Positions 19,850 through 30,898 of a DNA stretch of 64,000 nt are shown here, in pieces. The position numbers were made by a program, and so were the translations under genes. This DNA is from Rhodanobacteraceae bacterium (GTDB lineage Bacteria; Pseudomonadota; Gammaproteobacteria; Xanthomonadales; SZUA-5): NCBI GenBank assembly GCA_024234055.1, contig JACKOW010000001.1, positions 828,874 through 892,873 of the forward strand, in the 5' to 3' direction. The notes under the pieces were generated by a model. The model did not search any database. It was given only the letters and a program-made list of their open reading frames with translations, and was not told the origin of the DNA. Within the stretch, counting starts at the first letter, position 1. Each line of letters starts with the position of its first letter.

Positions 19850-20075
19850 ACATCCTGCCGAGCAAGCTCGGCACTACGAAAGCCTCGTACACAGCAGCTG
19901 TCGTAGAGCGGAGCTTGCTCCGCTGCTTCTGCCGGGCTTTTCGGCTCTGCACCATGCCCAGGAGCCGCACATCCTGCCGAGCAAGCTCGGCACTACCAGA
20001 GCCTCGTACACAGCAGCTGTCGTAGAGCGGAGCTTGCTCCGCTGCCTTTGCCGGGCTTTTCCACGCTTGCGCACT
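19850..20075. repeat. Two direct ~100-bp REP-like units (CATCCTGCCGAGCAAGCTCGGCACTAC..CTCGTACACAGCAGCTGTCGTAGAGCGGAGCTTGCTCCGCTGC)
   Basis: Direct reading. The units contain hairpins GCCGAGCAAGCTCGGC and GAGCGGAGCTTGCTCCGCTC. Related copies occur at 50890-51170 and 57115-57190. Confidence 0.8.
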
Positions 20076-20127
20076 ACACCTGTGCGCCACATTCCGCGAT
20101 GATCCGCCCAGCCTCTGGAGACCGCGC

Positions 20128-21480
20128 ATGGCCGCAGACCCGCCCGCAAGCACGTCGGAAGATCTGGATAAAGACAAGGTCTTCCAGCTGCCCAAGGACA
20201 CCACCCCCACCTGGGAAGTCGAGCTGCTGCTGTCGGGCGCGCTGGTGTTTTCGATGCTGCAGGTCCCGGGCCTGCTCGACGACGTCCTGTTCGCGCTGCG
20301 GGCGAGGTTGAGCGGTGGTCTGCACTACGGCGTGTTCATGCTGTACTTCTATCTGAAGCTCACCAGCTACGCGTTGATCTGCACCTTCGTACTGCACCTC
20401 GCTTCGCGTGCAGTCTGGGTGGCGGCTTTGGGCTTGCGCTCGGTCTATCCCGAGGGCGTGCTCTGGGACAAGTTGCCGCGGGGTCCGATCTACCGCGAGT
20501 ACACCCGGCGCACGACGCTGACCCTGGATCAGATGATCGATCGTGCCGACAATCGGGCCAGTCTGGTCTTTGCCTTTGGTCTGCTGCTGGTGCTGATGTC
20601 GTTGGCCATCATGGTCTTCACCATGATCCTGATCGGCATCGGCAGCATTCTCGGCCCGTTTCTCCTCAAGGGCAGCGAGAACTCGTGGATCACCATGGGC
20701 CTGCTGCTGATCTTCGTGCTGCCCTTGATGTTGGCCACCTGGATCGATCGCCGCTTCGGTGAGCGCATTCCACAGGATCACTGGTTTGCCGAGGTGTTGC
20801 GGCGAATCTTCGCCATGGGCAGCGTCATGGTCTGGGGTCGATTGACCAGCCCGATTCTGCTGACTGTATTCAGCCGACTTGGTCTGATGCGTGGCAATTT
20901 GCTGATGGTGGGTGCGCTCTACCTGTTGATGGCCGTGATCGTGGTTGAGACTCTGGTCGCGTCCGGCGCCATTGACCTTCCAGGTGAACGGTACCTGCCC
21001 ACAGAGGCCTCGGGACGAGAGTTGGATTCGGTGTACTACGCCGATGCCCGGGATCTGCGCGAGGCCCAGCAGGGGCATCCCTACATTCCCAGCGAGATCA
21101 TCCGCGGGCCCTATCTGCGCCTGTTTGTCCCCTATGTGCCCCGGCGGCTGGACGCAGCACTTGAGCGTGACTGCCCGCAAGCCACGCTGGGCGAGGAGAA
21201 ATCGGACAAAGACGCGCAGCGCGCCGCAGAGGCCGTACGCACCAGCGAATTGCTCAGGTGTGCAGCCAACAAACTCTATCCAATTCTGCTCGACGGCCAG
21301 CCCGCGGCCAATCTCCGCTATGACATCGCCCGTGATCCACTGACCGAGATGCGCGGATTCGTCGCCATGATCGACGTGCGCGAACTGCCGCGCGGTCGCC
21401 ACGAACTCACCGTGATCCGGCCACAACTGCCCAAGCAGGAAGAGCCGGTGCTGCCGGCGTTGATACCGTTCTGGAAGTGA
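20128..21480 (+). CDS. Hypothetical polytopic membrane protein
   Basis: 450 aa with GGAG SD, multiple TM helices and a soluble C-terminal part. No family recognised. Confidence 0.5.
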   Translation: MAADPPASTSEDLDKDKVFQLPKDTTPTWEVELLLSGALVFSMLQVPGLLDDVLFALRARLSGGLHYGVFMLYFYLKLTSYALICTFVLHLASRAVWVAALGLRSVYPEGVLWDKLPRGPIYREYTRRTTLTLDQMIDRADNRASLVFAFGLLLVLMSLAIMVFTMILIGIGSILGPFLLKGSENSWITMGLLLIFVLPLMLATWIDRRFGERIPQDHWFAEVLRRIFAMGSVMVWGRLTSPILLTVFSRLGLMRGNLLMVGALYLLMAVIVVETLVASGAIDLPGERYLPTEASGRELDSVYYADARDLREAQQGHPYIPSEIIRGPYLRLFVPYVPRRLDAALERDCPQATLGEEKSDKDAQRAAEAVRTSELLRCAANKLYPILLDGQPAANLRYDIARDPLTEMRGFVAMIDVRELPRGRHELTVIRPQLPKQEEPVLPALIPFWK

Positions 21481-21926
21481 AGGCTTGTTGTGGGGAAGGT
21501 CATGTGTGGGAAGGGCCTTCGACGCGGGGGCAGAGGATCTTGCGTTGCTGAAGAGACCGAAATCCGGCCACTCTGCGAGTGGTACCGATCATTCGCGCAA
21601 ACGCCCTCGAACTATCAACCCCAGGCCAGCGCAGACCCCGCAGCACCGAGAGCCTGTGGCGGGCGGTATGCGCGCAGTATTTCCGGTCGGACGGCTTCAA
21701 TCCCTTGTCGCAAAACAGTCACGGGCTCTCGCATGGGACGGTGCCTCTGCAGCCAGAGGATGTTGGCACTCTAGAGTAAATGTACTTGATTGTTAATTCT
21801 AGCTTGCCTATTCTTCACGCAGCGTTTCGCATGACCCTGGCCCTCGCGTACTCGGCACTCCAGATTGCGGCCATTCGCTGCCATCGGTTTCGCCAGTCAG
21901 CCAGTCTCAACCAAAGGAAATCTGCC

Positions 21927-24236
21927 GTGTCTCTCGTCTCCAGATTGTGCGTGCTTCTCGCGTGCTTCTGCGTATTGCCTTCACTGGGCGCGCAAAATCC
22001 ACGGCCGCTCCCTTTCCCGAACCTTGATATCTGGGCGAGCGGTGCAGTCCGGGCCGTCGCGGCTACGCCCGATGGTGGATTCGTGATTGGCGGTGACTTC
22101 ACCTTGGTCCAGGGGTTGGCTCGTCGAAATCTGGCGAAAATCATGGCCAATGGCTTGGTGGACCCCAACTGGAATCCATTGCTCGCTGGCAGCTTTCCTT
22201 CGGTCCAGGCACTGGCAGTTGCCAGCAATGGCGACGTTTACATTGGCGGCGACTTCGAAAGCGTCGGTGGAGTGCTGCGAAATCGGCTCGCGAAGCTGAG
22301 TGCTTCGGGCGTGCTTGACAGCAACTGGGATCCTGCTGCCGTCGACGGCATCTCCAACGCGCGCATTCTCGCCCTGGCATTGGCAGGCGATCAGCTGATT
22401 GTTGGTGGCAGATTCACTTTCATCGGTGGCCAGAGCCGGAATCGCCTGGCCAAACTTTCAACCTCGGGAGCCGGCGCCGCCGATCCAGCGTGGAATCCGT
22501 CGTCGCTGAGTTCCGATGTGCATGCACTGGCCTTCGATGGTAGCCAGTTTGTCTATCTGAATCAGCGATTCGACGGCCTACAGGGTGTCAGCCGCATTGC
22601 GGTCGCGGGCTCCGGGGCCGCGGATGCAAACTGGAACGTCCTGACCGATGCGGCCGTGAGCGCCATGGCTCTGGGTGGGAATGACAGCATCTACATCGGC
22701 GGCTCTTTCACTCTGGTACAGAGCACGGCAAGGTCAGGATTGGCAAGATTGGGCACAGCCAGCCAGGCGGTTCTCGATCCCGCCTGGACTCCTGCCGTGG
22801 CTGGATACGTGCAGACTTTGTTGCGGGTTGGCAGTGATCTTTACGTGGCTGGTCGCTTCAGCAGCATTGCAGGGGAATCGAGAACACAACTGGCGCGCGT
22901 CGGCCTGTTGGGTTCTGGCGTTGTTGACCCGGGATGGATGCCCAGTGCCCTAGGGGGATCCGTGAACGTGATGGCCCGGGAGTCCTCTGGGCGCATCATC
23001 GTCGGCGGTGAGTTCACTCAGATCAACGCTCAGGCGCGATCGGGCTTGGCTGTTCTGGACGGTGCGAGCGGCGCGCCCAGCGCCGCCACTGATGTCGAAC
23101 AGCCGGTGCGGTCACTGGCTGCGATGGCAACCCTGCCAGACCAAAGCTTGTTGATCGGTGGTCGATTCTCCCGGATCGGCGGGTTTCATCGACAGAATCT
23201 GGTTCGACTGCTTCCCGGCGGCAGCGTTGATACGGCTTGGGGTGCCGATGTACAGGGCGTGGCTGTTCCCTATCTTCAGCCGCCTGGAGAGCCTGGTGGC
23301 TTCGACTACGTCATCTCGGTTTGGAAACTTCTGGTGGACGCCGCAGGGCGCGTCTACGTCGGCGGCACCTTCGAGCAAGTAGGCGGCGTGAGTCGAAGAA
23401 ACCTGGCGCGAATCGGCACCGACGGTCAGCTTGACCTGGGCTGGGTAGCCGATGCCGACGGCGCGGTGGCAGCAATGGCATTCGACGCTTCCGAACAGCT
23501 TCTTGTCGGCGGCAACTTCAGCACGCTGGCAGGCCAGCCACGCGGAAGCCTGGCGAAATTGGGGACGGGGGCCGCAGCTACACTTGATGCAAGCTGGGTG
23601 CCCACGCTGAGTCTTGGGGCGCTGCCCAGCGTGCTACTCCCTGATGGCGCCGGTAGTGTGTTTCTTGGCGGTGCCTTCAACGTCGTCAACGGCGAAAATT
23701 GCTGCACAGGGATTGCCAAGTTGTCGGCCACGGGCGCCGGTCTTCGCGACACCAGCTGGAATATCAATCTCAGTGGATCCCAGCGGAGCATCAATGCGCT
23801 CGCCCTGGATGGCGCCGGCAACATTTACCTGGCCGGAAACTTCAGCGGGCTCAGCCAAGCCGGAAATTCCTTCGTCCGTCAGGGCCTGGCCCGGGCGCTC
23901 GCAAGTGGTGCCGGCGACATTGATCCGGTGTGGAGCCCCCAACAACTCGCCTTTGGCTACGCCAGTTTGGCACTTCCGGGTGACGGGCGCATTTACGTCG
24001 TCAGTGGCATCTGGTTTCCCGGTTGGGTTTTTGCGCTCTCTACCAGTGGCACCGGCCTATGGGACCAGAGTTGGAATGTGACGAGCAATGGCTCGCTTTT
24101 CCAAATTTTGGCGGCCGGCAACACCTTGTACGTCGGCGGCTCATTTACGGCTATTGGTGGACAGCCTCGCCAAGGGATTGCGGCCTTTCCGCTGGACGGG
24201 TTGTTCGGCGATGGCCTGGAAGACAGGGTGCAGTAG
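21927..24236 (+). CDS. Secreted delta-60-repeat (beta-propeller-type) protein
   Basis: About 14 repeats of a motif like ..VGG.F..VGG..R..LA+L...G.LD..W.. GTG start at 21927 has an AGGA SD and signal peptide VSLVSRLCVLLACFCVLPSLGA (alternative ATG 21831). Confidence 0.55.
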   Translation: MSLVSRLCVLLACFCVLPSLGAQNPRPLPFPNLDIWASGAVRAVAATPDGGFVIGGDFTLVQGLARRNLAKIMANGLVDPNWNPLLAGSFPSVQALAVASNGDVYIGGDFESVGGVLRNRLAKLSASGVLDSNWDPAAVDGISNARILALALAGDQLIVGGRFTFIGGQSRNRLAKLSTSGAGAADPAWNPSSLSSDVHALAFDGSQFVYLNQRFDGLQGVSRIAVAGSGAADANWNVLTDAAVSAMALGGNDSIYIGGSFTLVQSTARSGLARLGTASQAVLDPAWTPAVAGYVQTLLRVGSDLYVAGRFSSIAGESRTQLARVGLLGSGVVDPGWMPSALGGSVNVMARESSGRIIVGGEFTQINAQARSGLAVLDGASGAPSAATDVEQPVRSLAAMATLPDQSLLIGGRFSRIGGFHRQNLVRLLPGGSVDTAWGADVQGVAVPYLQPPGEPGGFDYVISVWKLLVDAAGRVYVGGTFEQVGGVSRRNLARIGTDGQLDLGWVADADGAVAAMAFDASEQLLVGGNFSTLAGQPRGSLAKLGTGAAATLDASWVPTLSLGALPSVLLPDGAGSVFLGGAFNVVNGENCCTGIAKLSATGAGLRDTSWNINLSGSQRSINALALDGAGNIYLAGNFSGLSQAGNSFVRQGLARALASGAGDIDPVWSPQQLAFGYASLALPGDGRIYVVSGIWFPGWVFALSTSGTGLWDQSWNVTSNGSLFQILAAGNTLYVGGSFTAIGGQPRQGIAAFPLDGLFGDGLEDRVQ

Positions 24237-24459
24237 TTTGGCGGAAGCAGACGCCTCCGGTCTTGGTCCGGCAATGTGGAAAGGCTGGCAAGGCAAAGAA
24301 TCCGAAAAGTCGTGCAAACATCGCTCGTGCAGGCCAAAGGCCCCGTAGTAGGCCCCACTGGGTCTCTTGCGACACGGCCCGGACAGCGCTGTGCGCAATT
24401 CGGGCCCAGTAAAGCTGTCGTTCGGACTCCCGAAATTCAACGACCTTCAATCCGGGTTC

Positions 24460-24670
24460 GCAGATAACCCACAACCCACAACCAGCAACTACCAACCAGC
24501 AACCCACAACCAGCAACTACCAACCAGCAACCAGCAACCAGCAACCAACAACCAGCAACCAACAACCAACAACCAACAACCAACAACCAACAACCAACAA
24601 CCAACAACCAACAACCAACAACCAACAACCAACAACCAACAACCAACAACCAACAACCAACCCACCCCCT
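24460..24670. repeat. Long tandem heptamer array (CAACCAG/CAACCAA, about 28 units) between the delta-60 gene and clpB
   Basis: Direct reading. The antisense ORF 24437..25225 translates it as WLLVVGC repeats. Confidence 0.9.
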
Positions 24671-24692
24671 TGCGCTTCGCGCTTTTTCAAGG

Positions 24693-24722
24693 CCCTTGAA
24701 CTGGATCAAGGCACCCGCACTC
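24693..24722 (+). promoter_or_regulatory. Candidate sigma-32 heat-shock promoter of clpB (CTTGAA -14- CCGCACTC)
   Basis: CTTGAA at 24694-24699 with a CC..A.T-like downstream box, about 45 bp before the clpB ATG. This is a weak, inference-only call. Confidence 0.3.
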
Positions 24723-24767
24723 CTGTTGCATGAATGATGACCGGGTGACGGTCCACAGGAGATTCCC

Positions 24768-27344
<2,577 letters not shown>

Positions 27345-27356
27345 AGCTGCCTCGGC

Positions 27357-28425
27357 TCTGGTAGGTCACGTTGGCCCGCAGGGCCTACGTGACGTTGTCG
27401 GAGCGGGGGACTTGCCGGGAACTGGCGCATCACCGTGTCACGTAGCGCCTGCGGCGCAACGTGACCTACGCGCGTCATTAGCGACGCGGATCGCGGGGTT
27501 GGCGGGCTCTGGTAGGTCACGTTGGCCCGCAGGGCCTACGTGACGTTGTCGGAGCCGTGGGACTGCCGGGAACTGGCGCATCACCGTGTCACGTAGCGCC
27601 TACGGCACAACGTGACCTACGTTTCGCCGTAGTCGCCGTCTTCCGGAGCGACTGCAATCCAATCTCGGGAATACCAACCAAGCCTCGCAAACTTGGCAAA
27701 TGAACTCCACGGATACTGTGCTGTTCGTGTTGCATGGCCATGTTTCACTGGATTGTGGTGGATATAGTCGAGGTGCTCGTGCAGGTCATTCTCGTCGCGG
27801 ATGACATGGTCCCAATAGCGCTTTTGCCAGACGCGACCCGGCCGGTCGGGGTGGCGGCGGACAAACAGTAGCTTGAGTCTTTGCACCCAAGTGGCCGTGC
27901 CGCCAGTCGGATCACTGACCAGCAGGTGCACATGCTCATCAAGGATTGCCCACGCGTAGAGCTTGAAGTCGTGTTGGACGCGCAGATCTTGCAACAGGCG
28001 CAGAAGAAGTTCCTTGGCCTTTGTCGAGCGCAGCCAAGGCTCTCGTCTGTGGCATACAAGCGTCAGGAACACCAGCGTGCCTGGTTGATAGTGGCGGCGA
28101 ATATTGCCCACTGAGTCCGGTCGATGGGAGCGGGGCTCGGATCATGGAGCGATCCTGAAGTCCCCGACATCGGGTGAAATCCTGTTCGTGTGTAGGAGAA
28201 TTCCGACAGGGCAGCAACAGATCTTTGGTAGGTCACGCTGGCTCGCAGGGCCTGCGTGAGGTTGTCGGAGCGGGGGCTGCCGGGAACTGGCGCATCACCG
28301 TGTCACGTAGCGCCTGCGGCGCAACGTGACCTACGCGCGTCGTGACCTACGCGTATCGTGACCTACGCGTATCGTGACCTACGCGTATCGTGACCTACGC
28401 GTATCGTGACCTACGCGCGTCGTGC
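27357..28425. mobile_element. REPtron: RAYT gene flanked by cognate REP/BIME units (two tandem ~150-bp BIME units on the left, one on the right) plus a derived 16-bp tandem repeat
   Basis: REP consensus GTAGGTCACGTTGGCCCGCAGGGCCTACGTGAC and its inverted partner CACGTAGCGCCTGCGGCGCAACGTGACCTAC sit at 27357-27640 and 28226-28345. The RAYT stop codon overlaps a REP. Confidence 0.8.
27617..28111 (-). CDS. REP-associated tyrosine transposase (RAYT, IS200/IS605-like Y1 HuH)
   Basis: 164 aa. MGNIRRHYQPGTLVFLTLVCHRREP.., HuH motif HVHLLV, catalytic Tyr region YIHHNPVKHG. Flanked by inverted REPs. Confidence 0.8.
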   Translation of the reverse strand: MGNIRRHYQPGTLVFLTLVCHRREPWLRSTKAKELLLRLLQDLRVQHDFKLYAWAILDEHVHLLVSDPTGGTATWVQRLKLLFVRRHPDRPGRVWQKRYWDHVIRDENDLHEHLDYIHHNPVKHGHATRTAQYPWSSFAKFARLGWYSRDWIAVAPEDGDYGET

Positions 28426-28451
28426 AACCCGCCTCCATGACCTCCGACCTA

Positions 28452-28495
28452 TCCGACATAAAATGTCTTGACATGATATGTCGGTGAAGATAGCG
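28452..28495 (+). promoter_or_regulatory. Two adjacent 13-bp palindromes GACAT-N3-ATGTC overlapping a TTGACA -35 box, upstream of the ybjN-like gene
   Basis: CGACATAAAATGTCTTGACATGATATGTCGG in a locally AT-rich patch. Confidence 0.5.
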
Positions 28496-28543
28496 TCGAT
28501 GGCAACGCTGTAGCGTCTGATCCGCCAAGGAGGCGGGTGATCG

Positions 28544-28969
28544 ATGGCCAGGCCGCGCAAGCTGGTGACCCTGATCGAGGCGACGGTGCCGCTGCTGCAG
28601 CGGCATCTGCTGATCGATGCGATCGACGTGACTCCGATGGCTGGGGAAGTGCCGGTGATCGAGGTCGGGTTTCCGGAGGTGGATCGGCTGCCGATCTACA
28701 TCACCGATGCCGGCAGTCAGTTGCTCTGCATCAGCTATCTGTGGCGCGATGCCGACGTCAAGGCCAAGCGTCGCGGCAAGTTGCTGGAGACCTTGCTGGA
28801 TCTGAATCCGAGTGTGCCCTTGTCGGCCTTCGGACGTATCGGCGAGCACTTCGTGTTGTTCGGGGCGCTGAGCCCGCAGGCCACGCCGGAGGATATGGCG
28901 CTGGAACTGGCCACGCTCAGCGACAACGGCCGCGATGCGCTGGCCACCTTGTCCGACTTTCTGGTGTGA
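28544..28969 (+). CDS. YbjN/DUF2170 (YjfI)-like protein with type-III-secretion-chaperone-like fold
   Basis: 141 aa. C-terminal pattern HFVLFGALSPQATPEDMALELATLSDNGRDALATLSDFL. The N-terminal beta-rich part is typical of the YbjN clan. The call is from memory and unverified. Confidence 0.5.
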   Translation: MARPRKLVTLIEATVPLLQRHLLIDAIDVTPMAGEVPVIEVGFPEVDRLPIYITDAGSQLLCISYLWRDADVKAKRRGKLLETLLDLNPSVPLSAFGRIGEHFVLFGALSPQATPEDMALELATLSDNGRDALATLSDFLV

Positions 28970-28977
28970 GAGCGACC

Positions 28978-29514
28978 ATGGCCTGGTGGGATGAAGTGCT
29001 CGGATTGCTCAAGGACGAATGGAAGGCGCTGGCGCCCGGTGCGGAACGCACGGTGTCTGAGCCGCCCACGGTGAAGCAGGCGCAGGCCTTGCTGCAACGC
29101 ACAGCCAGTGAGCTGGCCGATGCCAAGGCCCGCGCCGAGGCCGCGCGTCGACGCATGCTGCGGGCGCAGTCGCAGCTGGAGGCCCTGACCCGGGCACCCG
29201 AGCAGCACCCGCGCTACCGCGATCGCTTGAGCGATCTGGCCCGAGCGGTGGTCCACGAGGGCGATATGGCGGCAAGTTTCGACAGCCATATCGCCACGCT
29301 GAGTGCGGTTCACGATCGAGTGGAAGCCCAGCTGCGCGAGTTCAACCGCGACGTGGCGATGGCCCGGGCGGCGGTGGCGGCCAGCCAGACCACGCAGGCA
29401 GCGGCACCGACGGTCAAGCCGAAGAAGCCAGCGGTCAAGGCCGGCGGTTTCGAACACGCCCGTCCGGACAAGGTCATGGATCGGTTGAGCAAGGGGCCGA
29501 GGAGGAAGCGATGA
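28978..29514 (+). CDS. Coiled-coil protein with N-terminal amphipathic helix (possible divergent PspA/IM30-like partner of the YbjN-like protein)
   Basis: 178 aa, in frame within ORF 28537..29514. Start ATG 28978 has a GAGAG SD and lies 9 bp after the upstream stop. MAWWDEVLGLLKDEWKALAPG is followed by a long Ala/Arg/Gln/Glu helix. The stop is abutted by a GGGCACG array. Confidence 0.45.
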   Translation: MAWWDEVLGLLKDEWKALAPGAERTVSEPPTVKQAQALLQRTASELADAKARAEAARRRMLRAQSQLEALTRAPEQHPRYRDRLSDLARAVVHEGDMAASFDSHIATLSAVHDRVEAQLREFNRDVAMARAAVAASQTTQAAAPTVKPKKPAVKAGGFEHARPDKVMDRLSKGPRRKR

Positions 29515-29785
29515 GGGCACGAGGGCACGAGGGCACGAGGGCGAGAAACATCGCACTGGAACCCCGTGCGCGCCCCAGCCGCTGGCAATCGGCGCCGCGA
29601 GTAGGTTGGGCCAAGGCCAACGGCCGTGCCCAACATTTCCCCCAATTCAATGTCGGGCACGCTGCGCTTTGCCCAACCTACGGCCGCGACGCGTGAAAGG
29701 GCGCAGCCTCCCCAGCCGTTGGCAATCGGCGCAGCCGGCCTTGAAGGCGGTGCAGGTGGCCTTCGATGTGTCGGAAACAGTGCTG

Positions 29786-30052
29786 ATGGCGGTGCGGCAG
29801 GCGGCGTTTGACGCCAATCTGTCGAACTCCGATCAGATCCGGGTGGTACTGGATCTGCCGATCACCCGCCAGGCCAAGCGGCCGCGGCTGACCGTGAGTC
29901 TCAGCCCCGAGGACTATCAGTTGCTGGGCAAGCGCTACAAACTGGATCCCTCGGATCATCTGGCGATCAAGGAACGGGTCAACGCCGAACTGATCGAGTT
30001 TTCCGAGTCACAATCACAGCCGAAGAAGCCCGCCAGGAGAGCCAGATCGTGA
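29786..30052 (+). CDS. Small hypothetical protein (~88 aa; possible ribbon-helix-helix-like, RLTVSLSPEDYQLL)
   Basis: In-frame part of ORF 29606..30052 downstream of the repeat block. The start is ambiguous (ATG 29786 or GTG 29756). The stop overlaps the next gene's start (GTGA). Confidence 0.35.
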   Translation: MAVRQAAFDANLSNSDQIRVVLDLPITRQAKRPRLTVSLSPEDYQLLGKRYKLDPSDHLAIKERVNAELIEFSESQSQPKKPARRARS

Positions 30053-30741
30053 ACAGTTTCATGGAGCTGCTGAGTCACTTCCCGGGATTTGTGCCCTCGG
30101 TGCTGATGGGCGCGCTGCTGGTGTTCTGGCTGCTGGCGATCATCGGCGTGCTCGATTTCGATTCGTTCGGACCGCACTTCGACGCCGACGTGCATCTGGA
30201 AACCGATGTCGATGTTCCCGAGCACGGCGGCGGTGGCAGCCATGCCGAGGCCCCGGAAACGCTGATGGCGCTGGGCCTTGACAAGCTGCCCTTCTCGATC
30301 GTGGTCAGCGGAGTGGTGTTCTTCTGGTGGCTGCTGACCTTGCTGGCGGTGTCGCTGCTGTGGACGTGGATTCCGCTGCCGGCGTGGATCGCCGGCAGCC
30401 TGATCCTGATCGCGGCGCTGATCCTGGCGGTGCCGCTGGCGGCGCGCGCGCTGCGGCCCCTGAAACCGCTGTTTGTCGTGCATGTCAGTGCCAACAAGGA
30501 AGCGATTCTCGGCAAGGCCTGCAAGATCCTGACACTGACCGTGTCGGAAAAGTTCGGCCAGGCCGAAGTCGCCCTCGGCAGCGGCGCGCCGCTGAACGTG
30601 CGCGTCTATGCCGATACCCCCAACACCCTGACCAAAGGCTCCAGCGCCCTGATCATCGACCTTGATCCCAAGAGTGGGCGTTATCGGGTGGAGGCTTATG
30701 AAGCGGCGGGACTCGGGACTCGGGACTCGGGACTCGGATGA
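30049..30741 (+). CDS. NfeD-like/YqiJ-like inner membrane protein (flotillin partner)
   Basis: 230 aa. N-terminal TM MELLSHFPGFVPSVLMGALLVFWLLAIIGVL, two more TM helices, and a C-terminal soluble beta domain typical of YqiJ/NfeD short forms. GTG start with AGGAGAG SD. The last 10 codons are encoded by a GGGACTC heptamer array. Confidence 0.6.
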   Translation: MNSFMELLSHFPGFVPSVLMGALLVFWLLAIIGVLDFDSFGPHFDADVHLETDVDVPEHGGGGSHAEAPETLMALGLDKLPFSIVVSGVVFFWWLLTLLAVSLLWTWIPLPAWIAGSLILIAALILAVPLAARALRPLKPLFVVHVSANKEAILGKACKILTLTVSEKFGQAEVALGSGAPLNVRVYADTPNTLTKGSSALIIDLDPKSGRYRVEAYEAAGLGTRDSGLG

Positions 30742-30864
30742 GGCGAAACCGTATATCCCGCTGCGGTCTTGCGTAGCTGCACCGGGTTGTCTTTTTTGAT
30801 TTTGAGAACTGCCCCATAGATTTTCTTGATCTGCGAGTCCCGAGTCCCGAGTCCCGAGTCCCGG
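30708..30864. repeat. Inverted heptamer arrays (GGGACTC x3 ... GAGTCCC x4) flanking a ~95-bp AT-richer spacer that contains a candidate sigma-70 promoter (TTGATT-15-TAGATT) for the flotillin gene
   Basis: Direct reading. It could form a long-range hairpin. Confidence 0.7.
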
Positions 30865-30898
30865 CATCGCAATCCCATTTCCAGCAAGGACGAAACCC

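Noticed and set aside
21490-21796. Small overlapping ORFs between the membrane-protein gene and the delta-60 gene
   Set aside because: They are short, mutually overlapping, lack SDs, and carry no domain signal. The region is better read as a promoter/leader region.
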